The notes below the pieces were generated by a model that worked only from the letters and a program-made list of their open reading frames with translations, had not been told where the DNA came from and ran no database searches. Shown here piece after piece: positions 1-9,591 of a stretch of 64,000 nucleotides of DNA (position 1 is the stretch's first letter; every line of letters begins with the position of its first letter). Source of the DNA: Phycisphaerae bacterium (GTDB lineage Bacteria > Planctomycetota > Phycisphaerae > UBA1845 > Fen-1342); the NCBI GenBank assembly GCA_963675745.2, contig CAXXWX010000019.1, positions 352,001 through 416,000 of the forward strand. The letters run 5' to 3'. A program made the translations under genes and the position numbers.

Positions 1-1106
1 GGATCGAGTTCTACTTCACCGACGGCGGCACGGGCCGGGACCCGGTTTCCGGCACCTATATAACGTTGCTGGACGCGCTCTTTGTGCAGGACGGGAACAT
101 CTTCGATTATGCTCCCCCGGCGGCCATCAGCCAGCCGCAGCAGATTAACGTGTTTGGTTTCTACTCGACCGCGCTCGGCGAGAATCGCAACTACCGAGTG
201 CTTCTGCCCCGCGCGTACGCCGAGAATAGTGACAAAACCTACCCGGTTCTCTACATGCACGATGGGCAGAACTGCTTTGACTACGGGGCCTACGGTACCT
301 GGAATGCTGACGAGACGGCTGAGGAAATGACGCGCCGCGGTGAGATGCGCGAAGTCATCATCGTGGCCGCCGACCACGGGACCAACCGCTTCGGTGATTA
401 CACGCCGCCCGGCGATTCCGTGTTGGGCACGCCCGGCCGTGGCGATGACTACGCCGACTTTCTGATCAACGAGCTCAAGCCCATCATCGACGCGACGTAT
501 CGTACGCGTGCCGGTCGGACGAATACGGCCACACTCGGCTCGAGCCTGGGTGGCAACATCTCGATTTATCTCGGCTGGACCCACGGCGCCACGTTCGGCA
601 AGATCGGGCCCATGTCCAGCGCGCTGTGGACTATCCCCAACTACCTGAGCTGGCTGGATGGCGCTCCCAAGGCCGACCTGCGGATTTACCTCGACAGCGG
701 CGACACCGGCTCGTCATACGACGGCGCGTGGGACACCATGAACCTCCGTGACGAGTTCCTGACCAAGGGGTACGTACTGGAGGGCGATCTGCGGCACGTG
801 GTTGGCTACGGCCACGAGCACAACGAGGTTGCCTGGGCCGCTCGACTGCCGGAGGCCTACGAGTTTCTCTTCCCGGTGACTGAGGCGGATAATCCGCTAC
901 TCGACGAGATGTTCATAGGCGACGTTGACGGCGACGGCGACATGGATCCCGACGATTTCACCTTACTCCATCCGTGCCTGGCCGGCCCCGGCCAGCCTCC
1001 AGCCGCCGGTTGCCCGCTCGGAGCGGCTGCCGACCTCGACGGTGACAGTGACGCCGATCTGGAGGATATCGCCGTGTTCGGCACACACTTCTCCGGTGCC
1101 AGGTAG
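1..1106 (+). CDS. Alpha/beta-hydrolase esterase (enterochelin-esterase-like) with C-terminal dockerin-like domain; 5' end lies outside the window
   Basis: Frame is open from position 3. Motifs YPVLYMHDGQN, nucleophile elbow GSSLGG, IYLDSG and catalytic HNE. C-terminal GDVDGDGDMDPDD...ADLDGDSDADLED Ca-binding pair. Confidence 0.85.
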   Translation, partial: IEFYFTDGGTGRDPVSGTYITLLDALFVQDGNIFDYAPPAAISQPQQINVFGFYSTALGENRNYRVLLPRAYAENSDKTYPVLYMHDGQNCFDYGAYGTWNADETAEEMTRRGEMREVIIVAADHGTNRFGDYTPPGDSVLGTPGRGDDYADFLINELKPIIDATYRTRAGRTNTATLGSSLGGNISIYLGWTHGATFGKIGPMSSALWTIPNYLSWLDGAPKADLRIYLDSGDTGSSYDGAWDTMNLRDEFLTKGYVLEGDLRHVVGYGHEHNEVAWAARLPEAYEFLFPVTEADNPLLDEMFIGDVDGDGDMDPDDFTLLHPCLAGPGQPPAAGCPLGAAADLDGDSDADLEDIAVFGTHFSGAR

Positions 1107-1282
1107 TTCACACTGAGTAGTCCGTCCACAGCATGACAACCGGTTTGTCCGGGCGTTGCGCCCGTCAGCCGGTGATCGGCGAGTTTCTCATCACCGACCG
1201 GGCCCAAGACTCTGGGCACATTCGCAAGAACGGTCAAGCAGCGGTTGGCTGGTGGGGTAGACTGCCGGCTGAGGAACGCCTG

Positions 1283-2185
1283 ATGCGACCGGAGACGTAC
1301 AAAACCTATCAACAGCGGATGTTGCGGGTGCTGGTGCACATTCAGCAGCATTTGGATGAGACGCTCTGCCTTGATGATCTGGCCCGTGTGGCTCACTTCT
1401 CGCCCTATCATTTCCACCGCATCTTCCGCGGCATGGTAGGTGAGTCCGTGATGGAGCACATCCGCCGCCTGCGCTTGGAGCGTGCCGCCCTGCGGCTCAA
1501 GTGCAGCGACGAGCCGGTGACGCGGATCGCCTTCGAAGCCGGGTATGAGACGCACGAGGCCTTTACGCGCGCATTCCGGGCCATGTTCGAGATGCCCCCC
1601 TCGCGATTTCGCGAGAACCACCTGTCTACGCCAATACCCCAGGCGCGTTCGGGTGTGCATTTTGTGCCCGACGGGCAACTGGGAGAATTTGATCCCTTGT
1701 GTTCAGGAGATACGCCGATGGAAGTGAAGATCGAGAACGTCGAGCCGATGCGTGTGGCGTTCATGCGTCATGTGGGACCGTATCAGGAGGTGGGGGGTAC
1801 GTGGGGGCAACTCGCGGCCTGGGCCGGGCCGCGCGGGCTGCTGGGACCGCACACGCGTTGCCTGGGTATCTGCTATGACGACCCCGAGGTTACGCCCGCG
1901 GACAAGATCCGCTATGACGCTTGCCTGGTGGTCGACGACAGCTTCCAACCCGAAGGCGATGTTGGGGTGCAGGAGGTGGCCGGTGGGGAATATGCGGTGA
2001 CTACGCACCACGGACCCTACGAGAAACTGACGGAGACATACGCGCGTTTGTGCGGCGAGTGGCTGCCCAGTCAGGGGCGCGAGCCGCGCTCCGCACCGAC
2101 ACTCGAGTTCTATCTGAACAATCCACAACAAACCGCCCCGGAGGACCTGCTCACCGAAGTGCGCGTGCCCTTGCGGCCGCGATGA
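1283..2185 (+). CDS. AraC-family transcriptional regulator with C-terminal GyrI-like effector domain
   Basis: N-terminal double HTH (LARVAHFSPYHFHRIF; IAFEAGYETHEAFTRAF). GyrI-like region (HVGPY, YDDPEVTP..RYDAC, WLPSQG). ATG at 1283 follows a GAGG RBS. Confidence 0.92.
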   Translation: MRPETYKTYQQRMLRVLVHIQQHLDETLCLDDLARVAHFSPYHFHRIFRGMVGESVMEHIRRLRLERAALRLKCSDEPVTRIAFEAGYETHEAFTRAFRAMFEMPPSRFRENHLSTPIPQARSGVHFVPDGQLGEFDPLCSGDTPMEVKIENVEPMRVAFMRHVGPYQEVGGTWGQLAAWAGPRGLLGPHTRCLGICYDDPEVTPADKIRYDACLVVDDSFQPEGDVGVQEVAGGEYAVTTHHGPYEKLTETYARLCGEWLPSQGREPRSAPTLEFYLNNPQQTAPEDLLTEVRVPLRPR

Positions 2186-2221
2186 CCCGCGATGCCGGCC
2201 GGACGGCGGTTGTCGACGGCA

Positions 2222-5200
2222 TCAGCGCGGTGGGGCGGACATGGTCCCATCCTGCAAGCGATACACCGTCAGCGACGCATCGTGCTGCCTGAATCGCTCA
2301 ACGGTTTCGGGGTGACACGTGAAGAACAGAACCTGGTGCTCGTCGGCCAATTCGAGAATCGCCGCGGCGGCCTTCGATGCCCGCTGGGGGTCGAAGTTCA
2401 CCAGGATGTCGTCCATCACGACGGGCAAACGCTCATGGTCCGCGCCCCTCAAGCGTATGTAGCCGAATCGCAGCGCGAGATAGAGTTGTTCGGCGGTTCC
2501 GCGGCTCAGCTCGTCAGGCTTCCGGCGCTCGCCCCCGTTGGTGACGACCTCGATAGTGTCGGCACCAACGGGGGCGATGATCTTCGCATATCGATCATGC
2601 GTCATCGCCGTGAAAAAGCCGGCGGCATCGCGGACAACCTTGGGCTGCTGCTCCTCCTCGAATTTCTTGCGGGCTTGCAGCAACAGCCACCTGGCGACGG
2701 CGAGGCGTGACCATTGGAGCGCCAGCGTGCGGATCTCGGCCAGCACGCGTTCTTGCCGCGCGCGCAGTCGTGCCACGTCGTCGGCGGTCTTCATGCTCTC
2801 GATCTTGTTCGTCAGTTCCGCCTTCGCGTCACGCAACTGCGTCAATTGATCGTCGGTCTCGGCAATGCCGAGGTCTACTTCCTGCCGTCGCACCTCGAGT
2901 TGCTCGCGTGAAGTGGCAGCAAGCTTCGCTTTCAGAGTGTCCAGGTCGATCTCGCCGGCGATCTTGCGCATGGTCGATGCGGCCTGCTCAATCGAGGCCT
3001 GGAGCGCGCTGCGGCGTGCAAACCACCGGCCACGCTCACGAAAGCTGTCTTCATCGGCGGCGCCGCCCTTTTCCAGAAGCGACGCAATACGCTGTGACGC
3101 TTCATCAACCGGGCTTCTGGCAGCTTCGATTTCTTGCGAGAGGCTCTCCGCCTGCCGCTCCATCTCATGTCGGCGCGTGGTATTGTCCCTGCTGAGCTCC
3201 AGTTCGCGGCCCAGCTCTTCGATGCGTGCCGGTAAGTCCGCCGGCATTGGCACGCGACGTTGGAGAGCTTCCACAACCGCGCGGGCAGTATCCTCGTATG
3301 CGGCGGCTTGTGCCTTCAATTGGGCGATCGTTTCGTCGAGTTGTCGCCGTTCCGTAAGGCGATCGGTGGCCTTCTCGACAAGCTGTAAGGCCTCCAGGGC
3401 CGTCGGTGGTGACAGATCCACCGCCAGCCCGCGCAGCTCCAGATACTCGTGCCAAGCCCCCCATGCTGCGTCCTGCTGCCGTCTGGCGGCTGTGAGCGCT
3501 TCTTCGGCCGTCTGTAACGCCGCCGCCGCCGCGGCGCTGCGCTGCTGGGCGTCAGCCAGCGTGTTCTGCGCCAATTCGCGCTCCTGCAACCGTTCGTGCT
3601 GCCGCCGTGCGTCCTCGAAGAACCGGTCAACGGCACTGGTCAGGTCGCTTGCTGCGCCTTCACAGTGCGGGGCGAGAGCAGAGACCCGCCGGGCGAGGGC
3701 CAGATAGCTGTCGCGGCTCGCGGTCATGCGCTCGATGCGCTCGGCCTTATTGGCCAGCTCGGCGACCTGGTCGCGCAGGGCTTGCACCTTGGTGAACACG
3801 AGCTGGATAGTCTCAACCGCGCTTCCCGGCGCCAATCCCAGTGTCGCCAGGTGCGCTCCCCAGTCGCGCTGGACCGTCTCCAACTCCTCCTCGCGTTGTT
3901 TGAGCGCTTGTTCGGCGGCGTGCAGTTCTTTTTCTCGCCGGCGCAGTTCGTCGGTCTGCTTCCGCAGTTCGCCTTGCAGTTGTTCATGGTGCTTCAGCGC
4001 ATCGTGCTCGCGCTCGAGCGCTTGCTCAGCTTCGCCGATCTCCGCCGGCGCCGGCGTTGCGGATAGCGACAACGTGGAGGCGTGCTCAGTGATCGTCTCG
4101 TCGCACTTGGCGACAGCCCCGTGCAGTTTCTCCAGCTCCGCTGTGAGCGCGGCGATGTCGCGTTCAATCTCGGCGGCTGCCGCGGCGTTTGCGCTGCGCG
4201 TGTCGGCCGACTGGGCCCGAGTGACACGGGACCAGACGAAGGCGAGGGTGGCAGACACCGCCAATACGATGGCGGCCAGCGGTAGCTGTTCAGTGGCCCA
4301 GCCCACCGCCAGCACCGCGACGCCGCCGCAGAGGCCGATGAGCATCAGCCACCACGGAAAGCCCTGTGTTGATTCAGCGCGTGTCGTCCAACGCTCCAAT
4401 TCAGCGCGTTTATCGTCGAGACGTGATTGCGCGTTGCGCGCTTCGGACGCGTAGTGCGCGCGCTGCTGGGATGCTGCCTTCAGCGCGATCAGCGCGGCCC
4501 TGCGCTGTGCGATCGCTTCCCGTCCAGCGCTCTCGGGCAGAATCTCATAGTCACTGGTGAGCGCGGCGAGCTGAGCGCGGCTCTCCCGCAGCAGCTCGTC
4601 CTTGGTTGTGCGGTGCAGGTCCGCGCGTTCCCAGGCCTGGCGCGCTGTTTCGAACCGGTGCGCGAACTCCTGGATTCTGCGCTGGGCCGCGAGCGATACG
4701 TCGAAGCGGCTGACATTGTCGAGCGACCAACGCGCATCGATCTCGCGGATGCCCTCATCGACACGCTTCCGCGCACTTTTCAGATCGGCCTCGACGCGCG
4801 GCAGATCGTGCACCGCCTCGCGGAATAGCGCCCGGCCGTTTTGCAGGTCGCGCACCAGCGTTTCGTCGACGGGTACGATATCGGCGTACGTCTCGACTTC
4901 CTCGTGGGCTGCCCGTTCATCCGCGACGGCGATCTTGTGGGTCTCGCGGCGGCTCGCACAATCCTGCTCAGTGCGGGCCACTTCCGCTCTCGCGAGATCA
5001 AGGGCCTGCTCGTGTTCCCTGATGGCTTCCCGGGCAACGACGGAGCAATCGGTTTGCGGGATTTTACTCTCGGTCCAACCCGGCCCCAGCCGGCGCAGAA
5101 TATCCCCGACCTCGCCATCGACGCTGTCGCGCTTTTGCCGCAGCAGTGGCAGGTTGTCACGCGCCGCGATGTATTGGGCGCGGCGCTCCGTCAGACCGGA

Positions 5201-6166
5201 GATGGCCTCGCCCTGCGCGATGATCCGGGCATCAATCTCAAGATCGTCGGCGTCACGGAGCACCGCGGCGCGCTTGCTTTCCGAATCCTGCAAGTGCTCC
5301 CGGCGCGCCTGTAATCCCTCCAGGGCCGTCTCAAGCAGCGCCAATCCATCTTCCGGGAACGACTCGACGACCATCGGCAGGTTCGTGAGTTCGGCGGTGC
5401 ACTCCTGGAAGTTAATCCAGTCCGGCCACAGTTGCAGGTAAGCGGCTACCATCGTTGCTTCGCTGCGCAACCCGCTCAGCCTGGCGCGGACTTCGTCGAT
5501 CAGCGCCTGCGTCTGATTCAGTTGCGTGCAGGCCTCGTCGTATTGCCCGAGGCCCTTGAACGCGTCGCGCAGGCTCTCGGTGATCGAGTCCAGCTCGGCA
5601 AGCCGCCGATTGATCTGTTGCTTCTGGCCGCGCGGCCTGAACGCGTCATCGAGCCGATCGTCGAGTCTCTTCAGCGCCTGCGGGAGCGCGAGCATGGCCG
5701 TGCCGGCGGTTGCGCCGTAGATCGCCCCCCTGACTCCCTCCGCTTGCAGCGAATCAATAGTGTGCAATTCGGCCAGGCTGAACGCGTACACGTTGCGGTA
5801 GAGCGGGGCGGTCGTGCCGCCCAACAGGTTAATGAGCATCTCTTCTTCATGGCTGACGTCCTCTCCGTCGGTGATGGTAACCTCGCCGCCACCGCGGGTG
5901 CCCCTGCGCGCAATCGAGTACCGCCCGCCGTTGTCGGTTACGATGTCGAGTTGCCCACCGTGCGCCGCGCCGTCCGCCAACAGGTAGCGCGGATCTTTCG
6001 ACCTGCCGTCCGGGAAGCCGAAGAGCATGCCGCGCAAGAACCACAACAGCGTGCTCTTGCCGGCTTCGTTGTCACCCTGGATCAGCACCAGGCCGGGCGG
6101 CAGCTTCGTCAGCGCGAGATCGCGGAATACGCCGAAGCTGTCGATTTGCAGGGCCGCGATTCTCAT
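2222..6166 (-). CDS. yhaN: YhaN/SbcE-like SMC-type ATPase (AAA_27) with long coiled coil and central hydrophobic hairpin
   Basis: Walker A GDNEAGKST; C-terminal LSRGTAEQLYLALR signature, Walker B/D-loop MDDILVNFD and FFTCH. Overlaps the upstream nuclease gene (ATGA). Confidence 0.85.
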   Translation of the reverse strand: MRIAALQIDSFGVFRDLALTKLPPGLVLIQGDNEAGKSTLLWFLRGMLFGFPDGRSKDPRYLLADGAAHGGQLDIVTDNGGRYSIARRGTRGGGEVTITDGEDVSHEEEMLINLLGGTTAPLYRNVYAFSLAELHTIDSLQAEGVRGAIYGATAGTAMLALPQALKRLDDRLDDAFRPRGQKQQINRRLAELDSITESLRDAFKGLGQYDEACTQLNQTQALIDEVRARLSGLRSEATMVAAYLQLWPDWINFQECTAELTNLPMVVESFPEDGLALLETALEGLQARREHLQDSESKRAAVLRDADDLEIDARIIAQGEAISGLTERRAQYIAARDNLPLLRQKRDSVDGEVGDILRRLGPGWTESKIPQTDCSVVAREAIREHEQALDLARAEVARTEQDCASRRETHKIAVADERAAHEEVETYADIVPVDETLVRDLQNGRALFREAVHDLPRVEADLKSARKRVDEGIREIDARWSLDNVSRFDVSLAAQRRIQEFAHRFETARQAWERADLHRTTKDELLRESRAQLAALTSDYEILPESAGREAIAQRRAALIALKAASQQRAHYASEARNAQSRLDDKRAELERWTTRAESTQGFPWWLMLIGLCGGVAVLAVGWATEQLPLAAIVLAVSATLAFVWSRVTRAQSADTRSANAAAAAEIERDIAALTAELEKLHGAVAKCDETITEHASTLSLSATPAPAEIGEAEQALEREHDALKHHEQLQGELRKQTDELRRREKELHAAEQALKQREEELETVQRDWGAHLATLGLAPGSAVETIQLVFTKVQALRDQVAELANKAERIERMTASRDSYLALARRVSALAPHCEGAASDLTSAVDRFFEDARRQHERLQERELAQNTLADAQQRSAAAAAALQTAEEALTAARRQQDAAWGAWHEYLELRGLAVDLSPPTALEALQLVEKATDRLTERRQLDETIAQLKAQAAAYEDTARAVVEALQRRVPMPADLPARIEELGRELELSRDNTTRRHEMERQAESLSQEIEAARSPVDEASQRIASLLEKGGAADEDSFRERGRWFARRSALQASIEQAASTMRKIAGEIDLDTLKAKLAATSREQLEVRRQEVDLGIAETDDQLTQLRDAKAELTNKIESMKTADDVARLRARQERVLAEIRTLALQWSRLAVARWLLLQARKKFEEEQQPKVVRDAAGFFTAMTHDRYAKIIAPVGADTIEVVTNGGERRKPDELSRGTAEQLYLALRFGYIRLRGADHERLPVVMDDILVNFDPQRASKAAAAILELADEHQVLFFTCHPETVERFRQHDASLTVYRLQDGTMSAPPR

Positions 6167-7416
6167 TCGTCTTTCGCCAGCATATCAACGCAGAGCAGTT
6201 CGGCGTCACTCAGCAACGCTTGCAGTTCTTCGGTTGTGAAGGGCTCAAGCACCTTTCCCGCCCGTGGATCGTCGAGGAGTTCCGTCAACGTTTGTCGCAG
6301 CGTCTGCGGCAAGTCGGCCGCCTGGCGGGTCTCCTGAGCGATGAGCAGCGCCTGTCCGAGCAGGTCACGCGCGTCGCGCAGCCGCGCGAGGTCCACCGCG
6401 GGCCGCGCCGCCATCTCGAACTCCTGCACCCATACAAAGGGTGTGTCGGCCAGGCCGCTTTCACGCGCGCGGTTGAGCAGTTCCGTCAGTCCATCATCGC
6501 GCACGAGCTCGTGATACAACCCGCCGCGACCGGTCAGAGCGATGCGGCAGACCACGGGGCATCCGCCGCCGCGCTCGCGCAGGCCTTCGACGGCCTCCAT
6601 CAGAGCCCGGTCCAGGCTGTCGATCGTGTCGAGCGCATCAATAGACACGCTGTCCGCCAGCCACTGAACCGCCTGGAGCGGACAGAACTCCAGATCGACA
6701 GCGCCACCATCCTCGACCGTGACCAGGTAACAGCCGCGCTCGCCGGTTTCACGGATGTTGCGGCCCTGCGTGTTGCCGGGGTAAACGATGTGCGGGTTCT
6801 CGTTGAGCACGCCGCGGGTGTGCACGTGGCCGAGAGCCCAATAGTCCAGGCCGATTTGCACGAGGTCGCCCGGCTGGCAGGGAACGTAGTCCTCGTGAGC
6901 CGCGTTGCCTCCGCAGTTGCAGTGGAGCAGCCCAATCTGAAACGGGCCGTGATGCCTGGCCTCAAAGTGCCGAACCAGCTTGCGGTTCTCGCGTCGATTG
7001 CGATAGCTGATCCCGGACACGCTTGCCACCACTCGGCCGTCCTGTTGGACGTCGATGGTCTCGAGCTCATCACCGTTGAAGATGTGTACGCCCGATGGCC
7101 AGTCGATCGCCGACGCCCAGCCGTCCAGTGGGTCGTGGTTGCCATGCACGACGAACGCGCGGATGCCGTGCTCCGCCAGTTTCGCCAAGCCGTCGCGAAA
7201 GCGCAACTGCGCGCGCAGGCTGCGGTCGGCGCCGTCGTAAACGTCGCCGGCGATAACCAGGAAATCAGCCCGCCGTTCGATGCAGAGCGTGATCAGGGCG
7301 TCATATGCGTCAAATGTCGCGGAACGCAGCGTCTCGGCTACGGTCTCCGACTCGGCCGTGATGCCCCGGAAGGGGCTGTCAAGGTGGAGGTCAGCGGCAT
7401 GGACGAACTTGAACAT
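6163..7416 (-). CDS. yhaO: YhaO/SbcD-like metallophosphoesterase DNA repair exonuclease
   Basis: Motifs HAADLHLD, AGDVYD, GNHD, YWALGHVH and YPGNTQGR. Confidence 0.9.
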   Translation of the reverse strand: MFKFVHAADLHLDSPFRGITAESETVAETLRSATFDAYDALITLCIERRADFLVIAGDVYDGADRSLRAQLRFRDGLAKLAEHGIRAFVVHGNHDPLDGWASAIDWPSGVHIFNGDELETIDVQQDGRVVASVSGISYRNRRENRKLVRHFEARHHGPFQIGLLHCNCGGNAAHEDYVPCQPGDLVQIGLDYWALGHVHTRGVLNENPHIVYPGNTQGRNIRETGERGCYLVTVEDGGAVDLEFCPLQAVQWLADSVSIDALDTIDSLDRALMEAVEGLRERGGGCPVVCRIALTGRGGLYHELVRDDGLTELLNRARESGLADTPFVWVQEFEMAARPAVDLARLRDARDLLGQALLIAQETRQAADLPQTLRQTLTELLDDPRAGKVLEPFTTEELQALLSDAELLCVDMLAKDE

Positions 7417-7581
7417 CGTTTCCTATACAGCCTCCGCCGGCGGTTGTCGTTGCAGCCGCACATGTACGTTACCAATGGCAGCATACCGTCTTCAGGCGCG
7501 GCGCGGTATTCGCCGGCCGACACGGAAGTGTGCGGAAGCCGTCCTGCATCATGTACCCCCTCGATACCGATGTGTGCCTCG

Positions 7582-8436
7582 CTACTTCCGGGCCACTACG
7601 GCGAAGCTGTAGTCGTCGGGCGCGGCGTTGTCGCCGGTCAATGATGGGTGAAACACGATGTTCTGAAATCCGGCGCTGGTAATGAGGTCAGTGATTTCCT
7701 CCTCCGAATAGGCCACGCTGCTCAGCGCATAGCGGGCCACGGCGCCGGTGCCCGCGTCGATCACGTGGAATCTCTCCGTGTTGGTCCGGCAATCCTCGTC
7801 CCAGAACGACTCCTTCAGCACGATGTGCGGCCGATCGGAGAAGAGTCCGGCCTCGGATGTGCTCCACGATGGGGGTGTTTCGTCAGCCGCGCGAACGCAC
7901 GCCTGCGTCTGGGGTTCGAGTAGAAGCACCCCGCCTTCGTCGAGCGCAGCCCACGCGCGCGACAGGATGTCGCGCGCCTGCTCGCGGCGAAAGACGTTGA
8001 TCTGCCCGTGGATCATCATGACCAGGCCGAATCGTTCGCCGAATTCGGCCCGGCGCAGGTCGGCCTCGGTGTAGGTGCATGCCAGATGATCGCGCGCGGC
8101 TTCTTCGCGGGCGTGTGCTATGGCCGCCGGCGCGAAATCGATGCCGGCGCACGCGTGTCCGAGTCGCGCGAGCCGGCTGGTGTAAAAGCCGGGGCCGCAC
8201 GCCAGGTCGAGGATCCGCGTGGGCCGCGCGCCAAGAACCGTCTGGTGAATCCAACGAACCTGGCGGTCGATGATCTCCACGCGCCGACTGGCGAGATCGT
8301 GTTCTTGACACAGATGCTCTGCAAGCATGCGCCGGCTGAAGTCCGGCTCATTCCAGGGGATATTGTCGCCCTCAGCCCAGGGAGCCGGAGGATTCACGCG
8401 CCTTACCACATCGCGCAGAGTCAGATTCACGCACAT
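7582..8436 (-). CDS. Class I SAM-dependent methyltransferase
   Basis: ILDLACGPG motif I, GIDFA motif II; N-terminal IPWNEPDFSRRMLAEHL. Confidence 0.85.
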   Translation of the reverse strand: MCVNLTLRDVVRRVNPPAPWAEGDNIPWNEPDFSRRMLAEHLCQEHDLASRRVEIIDRQVRWIHQTVLGARPTRILDLACGPGFYTSRLARLGHACAGIDFAPAAIAHAREEAARDHLACTYTEADLRRAEFGERFGLVMMIHGQINVFRREQARDILSRAWAALDEGGVLLLEPQTQACVRAADETPPSWSTSEAGLFSDRPHIVLKESFWDEDCRTNTERFHVIDAGTGAVARYALSSVAYSEEEITDLITSAGFQNIVFHPSLTGDNAAPDDYSFAVVARK

Positions 8437-8693
8437 ATCACGGTCTCACGCTCAAGGGTCAGTTTGTCGTCGACGCGGCGCGCTGCCGGCAAACACAGCT
8501 TCGCCTTATCACCGTCATCCGCCCGGCGTCAAGTCCCGGCATCGCGCGTCTGACACTTATCACACACTGCGTCGTCCGGACTACGACCTGCGTTCTCCGG
8601 CGGTTGACGTGTGGCAGAATCGAAGTACGGTTCGTTCGCATCGGCGCATCATGCGTCGGTGCGGGTCAAAGAACCTCAATCGAGACGATCGGC

Positions 8694-9455
8694 ATGGAAT
8701 ACACGAAGGCGCGGAAATATCCGGACCTGGATCGGATTTACGCACAGTGCAGCGGCCCGGGCGGCTTGAAGCTGGCGGAATTCATGGCCGAGAAGTTGCG
8801 CCTGCGCGACGGCGCCCGGCTGCTGGATGTCGGCACGAATCGCGGATACCAGACTTGCTTCCTGGCCAGGGAATACGGCGTCCAAGTCGTGGGTATCGAT
8901 CCATGGGACGATCGAGAAGACGGCAGACCGATGATCGAGCATGTGCGGTCGAACGCCGACGAATGGGGCGTGGCCGACTCGGTCCTGGCGCTCAAACTCG
9001 GCGTGCCGGACACCGGTTTTGCGTCGTCGTCTTTCGACCGTGTGTATTCCACCACCGCGCTCGAAATGCTCAGGATGATCGGCGGACAGGAGCTTTACAT
9101 GCAGGCACTGCGCGAGGTGTATCGCGTCCTACGTCCCAACGGCGTCTTCGGTCTGGGCGAGCCGATGCACCTGGATGTCGCCCTGCCTCCAGATCTGGCG
9201 CCCTTTGTCTCGGAGGGCAAGGGCTCGTGGAAGGAGTGTTTCCGCAGTCTGCGCGAAACGAGCGACGCGATTCGCGAGGCCGGGTTTAACATTGTCGAAG
9301 CTGAGTATGCGCTCGACGCACGCAGTTGGTGGCTGGAATACGCGCGGCACGACCCGTTCTGCAAGCTGAAGCCTGAAGAAGACCCGAAGGCACTCGAAGT
9401 GGACAAAGGCCGCTGGGTCAGCTTCGGCTACGTCATTGCGACAAAGCCCGCATAG
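8694..9455 (+). CDS. Class I SAM-dependent methyltransferase
   Basis: CSGPGGLKL, LLDVGTNRG, FDRVYS and VLRPNG motifs. ATG at 8694 chosen as likely start. Confidence 0.82.
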   Translation: MEYTKARKYPDLDRIYAQCSGPGGLKLAEFMAEKLRLRDGARLLDVGTNRGYQTCFLAREYGVQVVGIDPWDDREDGRPMIEHVRSNADEWGVADSVLALKLGVPDTGFASSSFDRVYSTTALEMLRMIGGQELYMQALREVYRVLRPNGVFGLGEPMHLDVALPPDLAPFVSEGKGSWKECFRSLRETSDAIREAGFNIVEAEYALDARSWWLEYARHDPFCKLKPEEDPKALEVDKGRWVSFGYVIATKPA

Positions 9456-9591
9456 GCGGCGCCGCATGTACCGGCGGTACGCGCGATCTTACATTTCCTG
9501 ACGTGGGCGCCACGCCTCGTGTTCGTACAATCAACGTTCTGTCGCCACTTCGTGGCACGTTCTCATCCGCCTATCGAGAGGTACTGGTCGA

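Noticed and set aside
6220..7644. Long antisense ORFs (also 45100-46524, 51901-53382, 56298-57545 and others)
   Set aside because: Expected shadows of real genes in high-GC DNA; no motifs or RBS.
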